From Candidatus Fermentithermobacillaceae bacterium UBA3951 (GTDB taxonomy: Bacteria; Bacillota; Sulfobacillia; Fermentithermobacillales; Fermentithermobacillaceae): a stretch of DNA of 64,000 nucleotides. The stretch lies in assembly GCA_002385465.1 (NCBI GenBank), contig DGDN01000043.1, positions 2,927 to 66,926 of the forward strand, written 5' to 3'. Position 1 is the stretch's first letter. Every line of letters starts with the position of its first letter. Of the stretch, positions 9,000 to 18,950 are shown piece after piece. Position numbers and translations under genes: made by a program. The notes under the pieces were generated by a model that was given only the letters and a program-made list of their open reading frames with translations, was not told the origin of the DNA and searched no databases.

Positions 9000-10244
9000 T
9001 TATCGCTTGAGGTTCACGAGCTCTTGAAGGAGCTCATCTGAAACCGTGATGATCCTCGAGTTCGCCTGGAACCCTCTCTGAGTGATGATCATCTGGGTGA
9101 ATTCCTCAGAAAGGTCTACGTTGGACATCTCCAGCGAACTGGGCGCTATCGTCCCTCGCCCGGCCGTACCGGCCTCACCGATATCGGCGGTACCCGAGTT
9201 GTTGGACTCAACATACAGGTTCTTGCCCAGCGCTTGGAGCCCCGCAGGGTTCGGGAAGCTCGCGACCGCCAGCTGGCCCAATATCCTCGTTTGCCCGTTG
9301 GAGTAGAACCCAGAGATAATACCCCTGGAGTCGAAAGTGAAGGACTCCAAAGTACCCGTCGGGTGACCGTCAATCACATCGGTATCGATGGTCGTAGGCC
9401 CCGCCACCTGGGTTACCTTGCTGAAGTCGAGGGTCAGGTTAATATCATCGACTCCCAAAGTAGCGCTAAGGGGGATCGTGACTGAGTCGCCGGTCACACT
9501 GTCAAACTTGCCCTGGCTATCGAACGTGATTGTCCCGTCCCCTGTAGCTCCTGTCGGGCCGCTCACGATCTCCCAGTACCACTCGTTTGGGTTGGTCTTT
9601 TCGAACTGTATGGTAAGGGTGTGAGTGCCACCCTGGGAGTCGTACACTGTAATGGGTACTTGCTGAGTGGTGCCGACCGCCGCCTCTGAGTTCAGATTCC
9701 TGTACCAGCCGACGTTTGCTGTCGCCTTGGCTTCCATGTTTGAGCCCAAGGCTATCTGGATTGGCTGGAGCAGGTTCTCAGGGCGCTGGGGTGGAAGATC
9801 TCCCGTCGTAGGATCTACGACCCAGCCCAAGACCTTCCGGCCCTCCGGATCTACCAGTATGCCGTCTCCGTCGGTACCAAAAGCCCCCACTCTGGTGTAG
9901 GCTCGCTGACCGCTTTCCAGGACCAAGAAATAGCCTTTGCCTTCAATTGCAACGTCTGTCATCCTCGACGTGGGCTGGAGGTTGCCGGACGTATGGTTGA
10001 TGTCAATGCTACCCACTGTAACACCCAAGCCGACCTGCATGGGGTTCGTGCCGCCGCGAGCTCCGGTATCGGTGCCGGACGGCGAACCTGCGCCACGCAA
10101 AGTCTGACTAAAGACCTCCTGGAACGTCACCCTCGAAGACTTGAAACCGGGTGTGTTCACGTTGGCCACGTTGTTGCCTATTACATCCATTCTCGTCTGG
10201 TGAGTCCTAAGACCCGACACAGCGCTGAACAGTGAACGCATCAT
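9000..10244 (-). CDS. flgE: Flagellar hook protein FlgE
   Basis: Conserved N-terminal rod/hook segment (MMRSLFSAVSGLRTHQTRMDVIGNNVANVNTPGFK) and C-terminal GFQANSRIITVSDELLQELVNLKR. Confidence 0.9.
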   Translation of the reverse strand: MMRSLFSAVSGLRTHQTRMDVIGNNVANVNTPGFKSSRVTFQEVFSQTLRGAGSPSGTDTGARGGTNPMQVGLGVTVGSIDINHTSGNLQPTSRMTDVAIEGKGYFLVLESGQRAYTRVGAFGTDGDGILVDPEGRKVLGWVVDPTTGDLPPQRPENLLQPIQIALGSNMEAKATANVGWYRNLNSEAAVGTTQQVPITVYDSQGGTHTLTIQFEKTNPNEWYWEIVSGPTGATGDGTITFDSQGKFDSVTGDSVTIPLSATLGVDDINLTLDFSKVTQVAGPTTIDTDVIDGHPTGTLESFTFDSRGIISGFYSNGQTRILGQLAVASFPNPAGLQALGKNLYVESNNSGTADIGEAGTAGRGTIAPSSLEMSNVDLSEEFTQMIITQRGFQANSRIITVSDELLQELVNLKR

Positions 10245-10358
10245 GGTTCTTCAAAAACCCCTTTCGTTTCTCGGGTATCCCGGCTCTCCTTCACTCGTTC
10301 CGGAGAGCTTGGCCTCCCAGAAAGGGTCCGGCCCGGGTACCGCTTTGTGCTTATTGGC

Positions 10359-10754
10359 TTACCTGCCAACCAGCACCGCGCTGTCTATGGAAGTGAACAC
10401 GTTTTCCTTCATCCGCTCTTCGGGGATCACGGTGATCACCGTTCTGGTCTGCGGGGCCACGACGAACGCGACGCCCTTCATGAGCACCAATGTCGACCTT
10501 GCGCCTTTGGCCGAAGCCGTGTCTACAGCGTTCTCCAGTTTCGCAAGCTTCTCCGCGTCTATCCCTTCCCCCCACGTCTTAAGGCGCTCTTCGGCGTGTT
10601 TCGAGAAGGTCACTTGCTGAGAATTCTTGACCTCCGACAGTACTTCCGCAAACGACTTTGCGCCTGGGTCTACTCGCTTTTCTTGAGGTCGTCCGCTCTT
10701 TACCGGGGCAGGCGACCTGACCTTTAGCCTCGGGTCTATCACTCTAAGCTGCAT
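10359..10754 (-). CDS. Small flagellar-operon protein of unknown function (resembles the family found between flgD and flgE in Firmicutes)
   Basis: 131-aa ORF in the conserved flgD-flgE slot. The identification rests on position and my recollection of TIGR02530-like proteins. Confidence 0.5.
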   Translation of the reverse strand: MQLRVIDPRLKVRSPAPVKSGRPQEKRVDPGAKSFAEVLSEVKNSQQVTFSKHAEERLKTWGEGIDAEKLAKLENAVDTASAKGARSTLVLMKGVAFVVAPQTRTVITVIPEERMKENVFTSIDSAVLVGR

Positions 10755-11256
10755 CTTCCTCTACCTCTACCCCTGAAGTCGCCGGCTCCGGAGCTTCGGC
10801 CGGCTCGGGCTCGACGACCTGCGGCTCCGGCTCAGGGCCCACGTAAATCAGACTGTCTATGGGAACCAGGTAGTCCCCGGACTTCACCATGAGATGTCCC
10901 CTGTGGTAACAGACGGACTCGACTACTCCTTCCAGAATACCGGCCTCGTCTTCTGCCACGAATGTCTTTCCTATGAGGTTCGCGGCACTAAGGAGACTCT
11001 GGTTCGACTGAGCTGCGATTAGGTACTGAAGGGTAGCCTGGACCGTCCGGTTCAGTTCTCCGATTTGAGTTGCGCTCGAGAACTGGGCCATCTGGGCCAA
11101 GAACTCCTGTTCCTTTATGGGTTCCATGGGGTCCTGGTACCGGAGCTGCGTGAGCATTATCTTGAGAAACTGGTCCTGAAGCTCTCCGGTCGTGCCCGTC
11201 TTAAACCCGTAGGGAACAGAGTTCCCGTATATTCCGCTTACTCCATCTATCGCCAA
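10744..11256 (-). CDS. flgD: Flagellar hook capping/assembly protein FlgD
   Basis: FlgD N-terminal domain (QDQFLKIMLTQLRYQDPMEP) with an acidic Pro/Glu-rich tail. Confidence 0.85.
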   Translation of the reverse strand: MAIDGVSGIYGNSVPYGFKTGTTGELQDQFLKIMLTQLRYQDPMEPIKEQEFLAQMAQFSSATQIGELNRTVQATLQYLIAAQSNQSLLSAANLIGKTFVAEDEAGILEGVVESVCYHRGHLMVKSGDYLVPIDSLIYVGPEPEPQVVEPEPAEAPEPATSGVEVEEDAA

Positions 11257-11280
11257 ATAATCCGCCTCCTTTCACTCTTC

Positions 11281-12663
11281 CTACACGATGTAATCCAGGT
11301 GGCTTCCGGATAGCGCCGGGAGGTAGCTAGCCGAGGGCTGGCTTGGAACCGCCTCTACACCGAACGAGCGGGCCTTTTTTCTCCCAGCGGAATGAACGCT
11401 GCCCCCTCGCTCCCCCCGCGAAGAAGTGTGTTGAGCATGACCCTGATCTACCGTAAACCCAGAAAGAGTCAGCCCCAGCTCACTAAAAGACCTCGCCAAT
11501 TCGCCGGCCGATGTCTCGAGAGCCTGTATGGCTTCGTGGGACTGGGCGACGAATTTCACGGCGATATCCTGCCCCCTGGCGGTAAGGACCGCAGTAACGC
11601 TTCCGAGCCGCGGTGGGTCGAGTTTTAGCTCCACGCTCCGCGGGAGTCTCTTGAGAGCCTCTTCTCTGAGGCGCTCGGCCAGCGCGCGGGTGTCCGTGAC
11701 AGACACGTCTTGTCGCCCAGCGGGCCGTCCTTCGGCCCCTGGTCTCAGGTGGACATCCGGGCCGGGCGCGGTTTCAACCGTCGCCAAGCGGCCAATGGAA
11801 CCTGTATCGAACGATTCGATAGGTTCCGACGCCTCAAGCCGCTCTCCGCTTCCCGTATCCCTTGAGAGCCTGCTTTCTCCCAGTTCGGCCTCAAAGTCCA
11901 GGGAAATGCCGGCCTCTCGGGACCCCAAACCGTGCTCGGTGACCGGTCCACGATGGACGGCTTCTTCCTCGTGGGTAGTCACCTGGGAGATTCTTACTGC
12001 CTCCGACCGTTCCACCGTGCGCCATGCCTGGGGCACCTCAACGTCTGCCTCCATTTGAGTCGGGCTCAGGTGTTCCTTTACGAGTTGAACTGTGGGCGAT
12101 GAAGCTCCGCCTTCTCGGTCGAGCCCCTTGTCCTTCTCACCTGCCGAGATCAGGCCCGCGTCGCGGACGCCTCTCAGTTGGGCTCCAACATGAGGGGTCT
12201 CTGCGTGGCCGCGCACCTCTCCGGTGTCAAGGACAGGCCTATTCGGCTCTGGAAGCTCTGGAAGTTCTGTCTTCACCGCGATGAACTGCTTCCGGGCCGA
12301 AAAGCCCGTTAGGGGCACCGGCTCACTCGATTGACGGGCCGTCCCCGCGGTTTCGTGGACTGTCCACAGGCTCTCTCCATCAGGCTCTACAGGCAGGCCA
12401 AGGGCACAGGCTGGAAACCTCGTGTTTGGCTCCATGGGATCTGAAACCCCTGCTAGGACTTCCGCGCTTTCGCTTGAAACGGCGGGGGCCGGAGGCACTA
12501 AGATGACAGGGGGTTCAAGGGTCCCGAGAGCCGCGGCCATGAGGGACGCAAAGATCAGGTGACCCCTTTCTTTTCCGGTAGCGTGTCCTACCGCCGGTAC
12601 CGTTTGGGCCCCGGTATCCCGAGCAGCGTGAACTCCTAGAGCACCTTCCAATCCAAGAAACAT
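11281..12663 (-). CDS. fliK: Flagellar hook-length control protein FliK (divergent, low-complexity N-region)
   Basis: Only the C-terminal ~90 aa look like the FliK Flg_hook domain (LPRSVELKLDPPRLGSVTAVLTARGQDIAVKFVAQSHEAIQALETSAGELARSF). Its position between fliJ and flgD is as expected. Confidence 0.6.
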   Translation of the reverse strand: MFLGLEGALGVHAARDTGAQTVPAVGHATGKERGHLIFASLMAAALGTLEPPVILVPPAPAVSSESAEVLAGVSDPMEPNTRFPACALGLPVEPDGESLWTVHETAGTARQSSEPVPLTGFSARKQFIAVKTELPELPEPNRPVLDTGEVRGHAETPHVGAQLRGVRDAGLISAGEKDKGLDREGGASSPTVQLVKEHLSPTQMEADVEVPQAWRTVERSEAVRISQVTTHEEEAVHRGPVTEHGLGSREAGISLDFEAELGESRLSRDTGSGERLEASEPIESFDTGSIGRLATVETAPGPDVHLRPGAEGRPAGRQDVSVTDTRALAERLREEALKRLPRSVELKLDPPRLGSVTAVLTARGQDIAVKFVAQSHEAIQALETSAGELARSFSELGLTLSGFTVDQGHAQHTSSRGERGGSVHSAGRKKARSFGVEAVPSQPSASYLPALSGSHLDYIV

Positions 12664-12675
12664 GACCTTCTTTTC

Positions 12676-13125
12676 TCACCTCTCTTTCGCTCTTAAGAAT
12701 CGCTCCGCTCCGATCTCGTCCAGGACCTTGGCTTGCTGCCACCAGAAAGCATCCATGTATTCCCGCAGCTTGTTCTCCCGGTGCCTCTCAAGGGCCCGTT
12801 CCTCTTGCGTCCGCAGGATGGCGACTTCCCTGGCCTTCCGGGTGATTTCACGCTTGGCCTTTAGGTCGGCCCTGTGACGGAAGATCTCGTTGTCAATTGA
12901 CTCGCCGAACCTCATCATCCGTTTCATAAGATGCGAGTCCAGCCGGCCCGAGAGAGCGCCCCGTAACTCACGAGCAGCTTCCTCTCTGGCTTCACAAGCC
13001 GCATCGAGCCTGGACTTAACCGCATTCTCGTTCCTCTGAGCTTCTCCGAGCTTCTCTTCCGCAAGCAGCTTGCGCAGCCGCCGTATCTCGAGAACTCGCT
13101 CCAGAGGAAACTCGAACTTCTTCAA
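12676..13125 (-). CDS. fliJ: Flagellar export chaperone FliJ
   Basis: 149-aa coiled-coil protein immediately downstream of fliI. Confidence 0.75.
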   Translation of the reverse strand: MKKFEFPLERVLEIRRLRKLLAEEKLGEAQRNENAVKSRLDAACEAREEAARELRGALSGRLDSHLMKRMMRFGESIDNEIFRHRADLKAKREITRKAREVAILRTQEERALERHRENKLREYMDAFWWQQAKVLDEIGAERFLRAKER

Positions 13126-13163
13126 ACCCGTCCCCGTCCTTTATCGACAATCATCCCAATTTG

Positions 13164-14489
13164 CTAAACCACAAGGTTTTCTGAGAAGAGCCCGGTAAGG
13201 AGTGAGACTGTTTCTTCAAATGAATGCTTCTCGTCTACGCCTTGCCTCAGAAACCCGTTCACCCGGTCCACGTAGTTAATCGCGTGGTCTATGCGGTCGT
13301 TTGAGCCCTTGACATAGGCTCCTATGTTTATGAGGTCCTCGGCCTTCTTGTAAGTCGCCAGGACCGCCCGGAGCTCTTTGGCCGCTTCTCTCTGCGCTTC
13401 GCTTGTGACCGTAGTCATGAGCCTTGAGACCGATGCCAATACATCTATGGAAGGGTAGTGACCGAGCTGGGCCAGGTCCCTGGAGAGGACGATGTGTCCG
13501 TCCAGGATCCCCCTTGCTGCGTCGGCTATAGGCTCATCCATGTCGTCGCCCTCAACGAGGACCGTGTAGATCCCGGTGATGCTGCCGGTAGAGCTCTTGC
13601 CCGCCCGTTCCAGGAGTTTCGGGAGATGGGCGAAAACCGACGGAGTATATCCTCTCGTGGTGGGAGGTTCACCCGTTGCCAGCCCGACTTCCCGGAGGGC
13701 CATGCACCACCTGGTGAGCGAATCCATCATGAGGAGGACCGACATCCCGCGGTCACGGAAGTATTCTGCTATGGCCGTGGCCACCCATGCGGCCTTTATC
13801 CTCATGAGGGCGGGTTCATCCGAGGTTGCAACAATTACGACAGATCGCTTGAGCCCTTCGGGGCCCAAGTCTCTTTCAATGAACTCCCTGACTTCGCGAC
13901 CGCGCTCGCCGATGAGGGCGATTACGTTCATGTCCCCCGAGGTGTTCCTGGCAATCATTCCCATGAGTGTCGACTTGCCCACGCCCGAACCGGAGAAAAT
14001 GCCGATCCTCTGACCTTCGCCGAGGGTGAGGAGACCGTCTATGGCCTTCACCCCGGTTGCCAGGGGCTCGAGGATCCTGTCCCTCTCAAGGGGCGAAGGC
14101 GGCCGTTCAGTGGCAGGATAGTACGTGTCCACGGCCCACCAAGGCTTCTTGTCCATCGGGAAGCCCAGGGCATCAACGATCCTGCCGAGCATGCCCTCTC
14201 CCACCGGCACCTTGAGCTGCCTGCCGGTTGCCTCCACCGGGGTGCCCGGCGCCACGCCGTCCAGTTCACCGTAGGGCATAAGGAGGACACGGCCGTCCTT
14301 GAAGCCGACCGCTTCGCTGAGGACCGGAACGCCCGAATCCGGAAGCAGATAGCACATCTCCCCCATCTTGACTTTGGGTCCCGAGGACTCGATTAGAAGG
14401 CCGACAACGTCCCGTACTACGCCGCCGTAAGTGAGCGGCTGGACAGTCCTGACCGTCTCTTCGTACATCTGGAAGGACACGTCGTTCAT
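13164..14489 (-). CDS. fliI: Flagellum-specific ATP synthase FliI
   Basis: Walker A GSGVGKST and Walker B LLMMDSLTRW, similar to the F1/T3SS ATPase family. Confidence 0.95.
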   Translation of the reverse strand: MNDVSFQMYEETVRTVQPLTYGGVVRDVVGLLIESSGPKVKMGEMCYLLPDSGVPVLSEAVGFKDGRVLLMPYGELDGVAPGTPVEATGRQLKVPVGEGMLGRIVDALGFPMDKKPWWAVDTYYPATERPPSPLERDRILEPLATGVKAIDGLLTLGEGQRIGIFSGSGVGKSTLMGMIARNTSGDMNVIALIGERGREVREFIERDLGPEGLKRSVVIVATSDEPALMRIKAAWVATAIAEYFRDRGMSVLLMMDSLTRWCMALREVGLATGEPPTTRGYTPSVFAHLPKLLERAGKSSTGSITGIYTVLVEGDDMDEPIADAARGILDGHIVLSRDLAQLGHYPSIDVLASVSRLMTTVTSEAQREAAKELRAVLATYKKAEDLINIGAYVKGSNDRIDHAINYVDRVNGFLRQGVDEKHSFEETVSLLTGLFSENLVV

Positions 14490-15211
14490 GCCGTTTCAAC
14501 CCCCAGGACTTTCTTGCGGGCTTCGGCCAGCGCAATTGCGATCGAGCGTATCTGGGACTCAATCGTCACGTCCACGTAGCCGTGAGGCGTAGAAACAATA
14601 GCTCCCCCCGCGATTTCCGGATCGCCTACGACTTCCATTGACCTTGCGCCGAACTCTCTCTTAAGAGTGGGGACCTCTCCTTCCACAAGAGAAACCAGTT
14701 CAGGCGGCACCTTGAGCGAGAACTCCCTCTCATCTCGGAGGGCCGTGAGGCCTTGGCGGATGAGGTCAAGCACCACCTTGGGATCGGCCTCAAACGCGTC
14801 TCCCAGGACCTTGCGGCTAATCTCGATGACCAGGGCCAGGAGGCGCGGTTCTGAGTCGGCAAGCATCTTGGAGTAGGCCTCCCTCGCCGCCTCTAGGGCG
14901 GCTCCCGCTTCTTCTACGAGCTTCTGAGCTTCGGCCAAACCCTCCGCGTGACCATCGAAATATCCTCGGTTCCTGCCTGCCTCTCTGGCTTCATTGGCGA
15001 TCTTCCCGGCTTCGTCTCTGGCCCGGCTGATAAGGGCTTCGGCTTCTTCTCTGGCTTCATCAAGGATGGCTTGTGCCTCTTTCCTTGCGGCATCGAGGAT
15101 CTCGGCCGGGTCGGGAAGACGCTGCTCAATCCGAGCCTCGATTTCCACGGGCTTCGGAACCGGGCGCCTTATGCGGATGGGTTGGGAGCGGAAGACTCTA
15201 GACAACGACAT
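14486..15211 (-). CDS. fliH: Flagellar assembly protein FliH
   Basis: 241 aa, charged and repeat-rich (EAREEAEALISRARDEAGKIANEAREAG), located between fliG and fliI. Confidence 0.75.
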   Translation of the reverse strand: MSLSRVFRSQPIRIRRPVPKPVEIEARIEQRLPDPAEILDAARKEAQAILDEAREEAEALISRARDEAGKIANEAREAGRNRGYFDGHAEGLAEAQKLVEEAGAALEAAREAYSKMLADSEPRLLALVIEISRKVLGDAFEADPKVVLDLIRQGLTALRDEREFSLKVPPELVSLVEGEVPTLKREFGARSMEVVGDPEIAGGAIVSTPHGYVDVTIESQIRSIAIALAEARKKVLGVETA

Positions 15212-16214
15212 CGTCTCCTCCTCCGCGACCTACAACGATCTCGCCCTGGTCCTCAAGCCGCCGTATGATCGCAACGATCCTCTGCTGGGCGTCTTCAACA
15301 TCGCGCATACGGACAGGGCCAAGGTAATCGATGCTTTCTTTGAGCGTTTCAACGGCCCTGGACGAGAGGTTCTTGTAGACTTTTTCTTTGACTTCATCGG
15401 ACGCCGCTTTGAGGGCGAGCGGGAGGTCCTTGGACATGTCAACTTCACGCAGGAATCGCTGCACGGCTCTGTCGTCGAGATAGATGATGTCTTCGAACAG
15501 GAACATCCTCCGCTTGATCTCTTCAGACAGTTCGGGCGCTTCAACATCGAGGGCATTCAGAATGGTTTTCTCTGTCTGCCTGTCTACATTGTTCAGAATG
15601 TCGACGATGGCGCCCACTCCGCCCGTACGCGTGTAATCCTGACCGACAACGTTCACCAGCTTGCGTTCCAGGATGCGCTCGATCTCCTTAATGACCTCCG
15701 GGCTCGTGCCTTCCATCGCGGCGATCCGCCGGGCGACTTCGACCTGAAGGTCGGGAGCCAGCGAAGCGAGAATGGCGCCTGACTGGTTCGGAGCCAAGTA
15801 GCTTAGGATAAGGGCGATGGTCTGGGGAGACTCGGACTCTAGGAAGTTTAAGAGCTGGCTCGGTTCAGCCTTCCGCGCGAAGTCGAATGGCCTCACCTGA
15901 AGCGACGCAGTGAGGCGGCCCAGGACATCAACGGCTTTGTCCTTCCCCAACGCCTTCTCGAGGAGCACCTTGGCATATTCAATGCCGCCCTCGTCTATGT
16001 ACTGTTGGGCGATGGCCATATCGGCGAACTCGCTCAGCACCTGGTCTCTGACGTCTTGGTCGACCCTTTTGGTGCCGGCAATCTCCAGGGTCAAGATGTC
16101 TATATCCTCTTCCTTCATGTGTTTCATGACCTGAGACGAAAGGTCTGGTCCCAGGGTGATGAGGAGAATGGCCGCCTTTTCTCTTCCTGACAGGACGCCT
16201 CTACGAGTGGACAT
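15198..16214 (-). CDS. fliG: Flagellar motor switch protein FliG
   Basis: 338 aa with FliG N/M/C domains (ILLITLGPDLSSQVMKHM... and a C-terminal torque helix region). Confidence 0.9.
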   Translation of the reverse strand: MSTRRGVLSGREKAAILLITLGPDLSSQVMKHMKEEDIDILTLEIAGTKRVDQDVRDQVLSEFADMAIAQQYIDEGGIEYAKVLLEKALGKDKAVDVLGRLTASLQVRPFDFARKAEPSQLLNFLESESPQTIALILSYLAPNQSGAILASLAPDLQVEVARRIAAMEGTSPEVIKEIERILERKLVNVVGQDYTRTGGVGAIVDILNNVDRQTEKTILNALDVEAPELSEEIKRRMFLFEDIIYLDDRAVQRFLREVDMSKDLPLALKAASDEVKEKVYKNLSSRAVETLKESIDYLGPVRMRDVEDAQQRIVAIIRRLEDQGEIVVGRGGGDDVVV

Positions 16215-17740
16215 CAGTACTCATCCTCCAGTAACCAGGTCTTGAGAAGTGCGGCCAGCCCGGCCGGGTTTACTCGGGCCATCCTCTCGATGTCTTCCCT
16301 AATTTTCTGCCGCGTCAAAAGGTCAGGAGACAGCGCCGGCGCCTCTTCGACTATGGGAAGAGGTTCAGGCAGGGGTTCCAGAGCTTGGGCACGGCGGCGC
16401 CTCAAGAGGAATAGGATGACGGTACCCAGGATGAGAGCTGCTGTAACCGCGATGGCGTAGATGTAGATTCTGGGGAATGCCTGGTCGGGCGGCGTCATGC
16501 CGGCTTGAATCGTGTCGACAAGGCTCGTGTCGAACGGCATTCCGATTACGCTGATCCTGTCCTGTCTGAGCGGATCGAGCCCCAGGGCGGCGGTAACTCC
16601 TTCTGTGATGAGGCCCTTTTCGTCGTCGTCCAGTTCTTTGTTTACCATGACCGCGACGGAAAGGTTCTTTATGCTGCCGGGAGTCACGAGCGTTTCGGTC
16701 GTCCTCCGGTTAACCTCGTAATTGGTGATGGTCTCTGTACGCTGGTACTGTGACTGTCCCTGGCCTCCTGTTGCATAGGTCGGGACATCGAGGCCACCTG
16801 CCACTCCACCGACGGGCGTCCCCGTTCCCTGGTAGCTCTCGGTCACCTGTTGCGTGCTCCTGAGAGCCCCCTGCGGGTCGGTTGCATATTCGTCGTCAAC
16901 GATCCTCACCTGGTCGAGGTTCAACGTGGCGCGGACCTGGCATACGACGTTCCCCGGTCCCAAGACGGGGGTGAGAGTTGCGAGAAGGCGGGACTCCAGC
17001 TCCCGTTCCACCCGCGAAGTCATCTCGAATGCGGCTGTGGAGACTTGGCCTCCCAAAGGATCGCTTCTTAAGTCCTGAGATAGGAGCTTGCCCGAAGTAT
17101 CCATGACGGTCACGTCATCGGGAGAAAGCCCTTCGACCGACCTCGCCACCAGGTTCATAATGCCCTTTACCGTCGGGCCTCCAAGCTCCTTGCCGGGCGT
17201 TAGGTCCAAAAGGACTGCGGCCGTTGCTGGGGTCTTCAGGGTAGCGAAGACAGTGTTCTCCGGGATGACGATGTGGACTCTCGCGTCCTTAACCCCTGAG
17301 ATCGACTTGATGGTCCTCACGAGTTCTCCCGAGAGGGCCCGGGTGTACTGCACTCTGCGTTCAAAGTCCGTCGCCCAAATGGAGTTTCCTTGGATACTCT
17401 CAAACCCGACAATCCCGGAGGACGGAAGGCCCTGGGTAGCCAAGGATAGCCTGGTCCTGTGGATCTCTTCGCCGGGGATTTTCACGGTACGGCCTCCGTC
17501 CGCTAGCTCGTATGGAATGCCTTGTCTCTCCAGCTCGCTGACAATGGCCCCGGCGTCTTGTAGGTCCAGGTTGGACCACAAGACCTCGTACCGGTTTCCC
17601 CGCGCCGAGAGACCCAGCGCCAAGAGAGAAGCGACGAACACTACGGCGACACTGGTTATGATGACGAGCCTGGGTGTTTTGCCCAGCTTTGACCAGGTGT
17701 CCCGTATGCCCTTTGTGAGTTGAGCGACACTGGTTCCCAT
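16214..17740 (-). CDS. fliF: Flagellar M-ring protein FliF
   Basis: 508 aa with an N-terminal TM, a YscJ/FliF domain and a C-terminal TM (IYIYAIAVTAALILGTVILFLL). Confidence 0.9.
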   Translation of the reverse strand: MGTSVAQLTKGIRDTWSKLGKTPRLVIITSVAVVFVASLLALGLSARGNRYEVLWSNLDLQDAGAIVSELERQGIPYELADGGRTVKIPGEEIHRTRLSLATQGLPSSGIVGFESIQGNSIWATDFERRVQYTRALSGELVRTIKSISGVKDARVHIVIPENTVFATLKTPATAAVLLDLTPGKELGGPTVKGIMNLVARSVEGLSPDDVTVMDTSGKLLSQDLRSDPLGGQVSTAAFEMTSRVERELESRLLATLTPVLGPGNVVCQVRATLNLDQVRIVDDEYATDPQGALRSTQQVTESYQGTGTPVGGVAGGLDVPTYATGGQGQSQYQRTETITNYEVNRRTTETLVTPGSIKNLSVAVMVNKELDDDEKGLITEGVTAALGLDPLRQDRISVIGMPFDTSLVDTIQAGMTPPDQAFPRIYIYAIAVTAALILGTVILFLLRRRRAQALEPLPEPLPIVEEAPALSPDLLTRQKIREDIERMARVNPAGLAALLKTWLLEDEY

Positions 17741-17752
17741 CGGTCTCCCCCG

Positions 17753-18058
17753 CTATATAGGCATTCTCATGATCTCTTGGTACGCCTCGAGAGCTTTATT
17801 GCGGACGGAGATCACAAGGTCCAGCGCCAGGCTCGCCTTTTCGGCTGAAAGGACGGCAGTATGCATATCGCGGGCATTGCCGGTCACCAAGTCAATTTGT
17901 GCCTGAGACATCTCGCGATCAAGGGCGGTAAGGTTTGCGGCAGCCTTCTCCAGCACGCTGGAAAACAGTGTTTCACTGGCAGTTGACTCAGAAGGACGGG
18001 CCACGGTCCTTTCAACCAGAGGCCCCACTCCAGGTATAGAAGCAGCTCTAAGATACAT
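17753..18058 (-). CDS. fliE: Flagellar hook-basal body protein FliE
   Basis: 101 aa in the position downstream of flgC. Confidence 0.8.
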   Translation of the reverse strand: MYLRAASIPGVGPLVERTVARPSESTASETLFSSVLEKAAANLTALDREMSQAQIDLVTGNARDMHTAVLSAEKASLALDLVISVRNKALEAYQEIMRMPI

Positions 18059-18117
18059 CGATTCTCCTCCCCCCGAGAGACCGGCGCCGGATGAGCGCCG
18101 GATTCACACACTTGGCT

Positions 18118-18558
18118 TTATGCCCGAAGCAGTTCAAGCGCCCGCTGGGCCATTGTCTTGGCGGCTTCTATGGCCGTTACATTGGCCTCGTAAGCTCTGG
18201 TTGCCGCCATCATGTCAACCATCTCCGTTACTACATCCACGTTGGGATATGTCACATAACCCTCTTCGTCAGCCTCCGGATGACCCGGCGAATACACCCT
18301 TCGAAGGGGGCTCCGGTCTTCGGCGATACCGTACACTCTGACGCCCCGCGGGAGCTCTCTGACCTCGCGGGCGAGAATGTCCCGGAATGAGTAGCGGGCC
18401 CCGTTGGGTGAAAAGAGAGCCACTTTCCGCCGGTAGGGACCACCGTTCTCGGTCCTCGTGCTTTCGGCGTTTGCGAGGTTTGACGCAATAAGGTCGAGCC
18501 TCAGCCTTTCGGCCGTAAGACCCGATGCGCTGGCCTCAATGGCAGCGAACAACCTCAT
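18118..18558 (-). CDS. flgC: Flagellar basal-body rod protein FlgC
   Basis: ASGLTAERLRLDLIASNLANAEST N-terminus and a C-terminal rod motif. Confidence 0.9.
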   Translation of the reverse strand: MRLFAAIEASASGLTAERLRLDLIASNLANAESTRTENGGPYRRKVALFSPNGARYSFRDILAREVRELPRGVRVYGIAEDRSPLRRVYSPGHPEADEEGYVTYPNVDVVTEMVDMMAATRAYEANVTAIEAAKTMAQRALELLRA

Positions 18559-18563
18559 GTGGT

Positions 18564-18950
18564 CTAGCGCCTCCCTTCAGTGATGGCTTTTCTTAGAAGC
18601 GACAGATGGGCCCGAAGCTGGCCGGAGACTGCCGAGTAGTACAGGGCGTTGGCAGCCACTTCGCCCATTTCACGGTCTATGTCGACGCTGTTGCCGTCGG
18701 GGGTAATGGCCGAAAGGTCCTGCCCCAAGCAGCCCGGTTCGACCGTGTTTGAAGGTACGATGTGGCGCGGCGAAGTTGCGACGAGGGTGGGACGTTTCGC
18801 GGCACTTGCTTCGGCGAGAGCTGTCCGGAAGTCAAGGTCGAGTCGCTTGTAGCCCGGTGTTTCTGCGTTGGCGACGTTGTTGGCGAGCACTTCGTGCCTT
18901 CGCCAGGCCCCGTCCAACGCGCGCTGCATGATAAGCGATACATCCTTCAT
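18564..18950 (-). CDS. flgB: Flagellar basal-body rod protein FlgB
   Basis: The start is taken at MKDVSLIMQRAL, preceded by GGGGGAAAGAG, with a rod N-motif NNVANAETPGYK. Confidence 0.85.
   Translation of the reverse strand: MKDVSLIMQRALDGAWRRHEVLANNVANAETPGYKRLDLDFRTALAEASAAKRPTLVATSPRHIVPSNTVEPGCLGQDLSAITPDGNSVDIDREMGEVAANALYYSAVSGQLRAHLSLLRKAITEGRR

Noticed and set aside
13458-14396. 312-aa plus-strand ORF
   Set aside because: It is fully antisense to the strongly conserved fliI. Its composition is Arg/Pro/Gly-rich, typical of GC-rich non-coding frames, and it has no SD.
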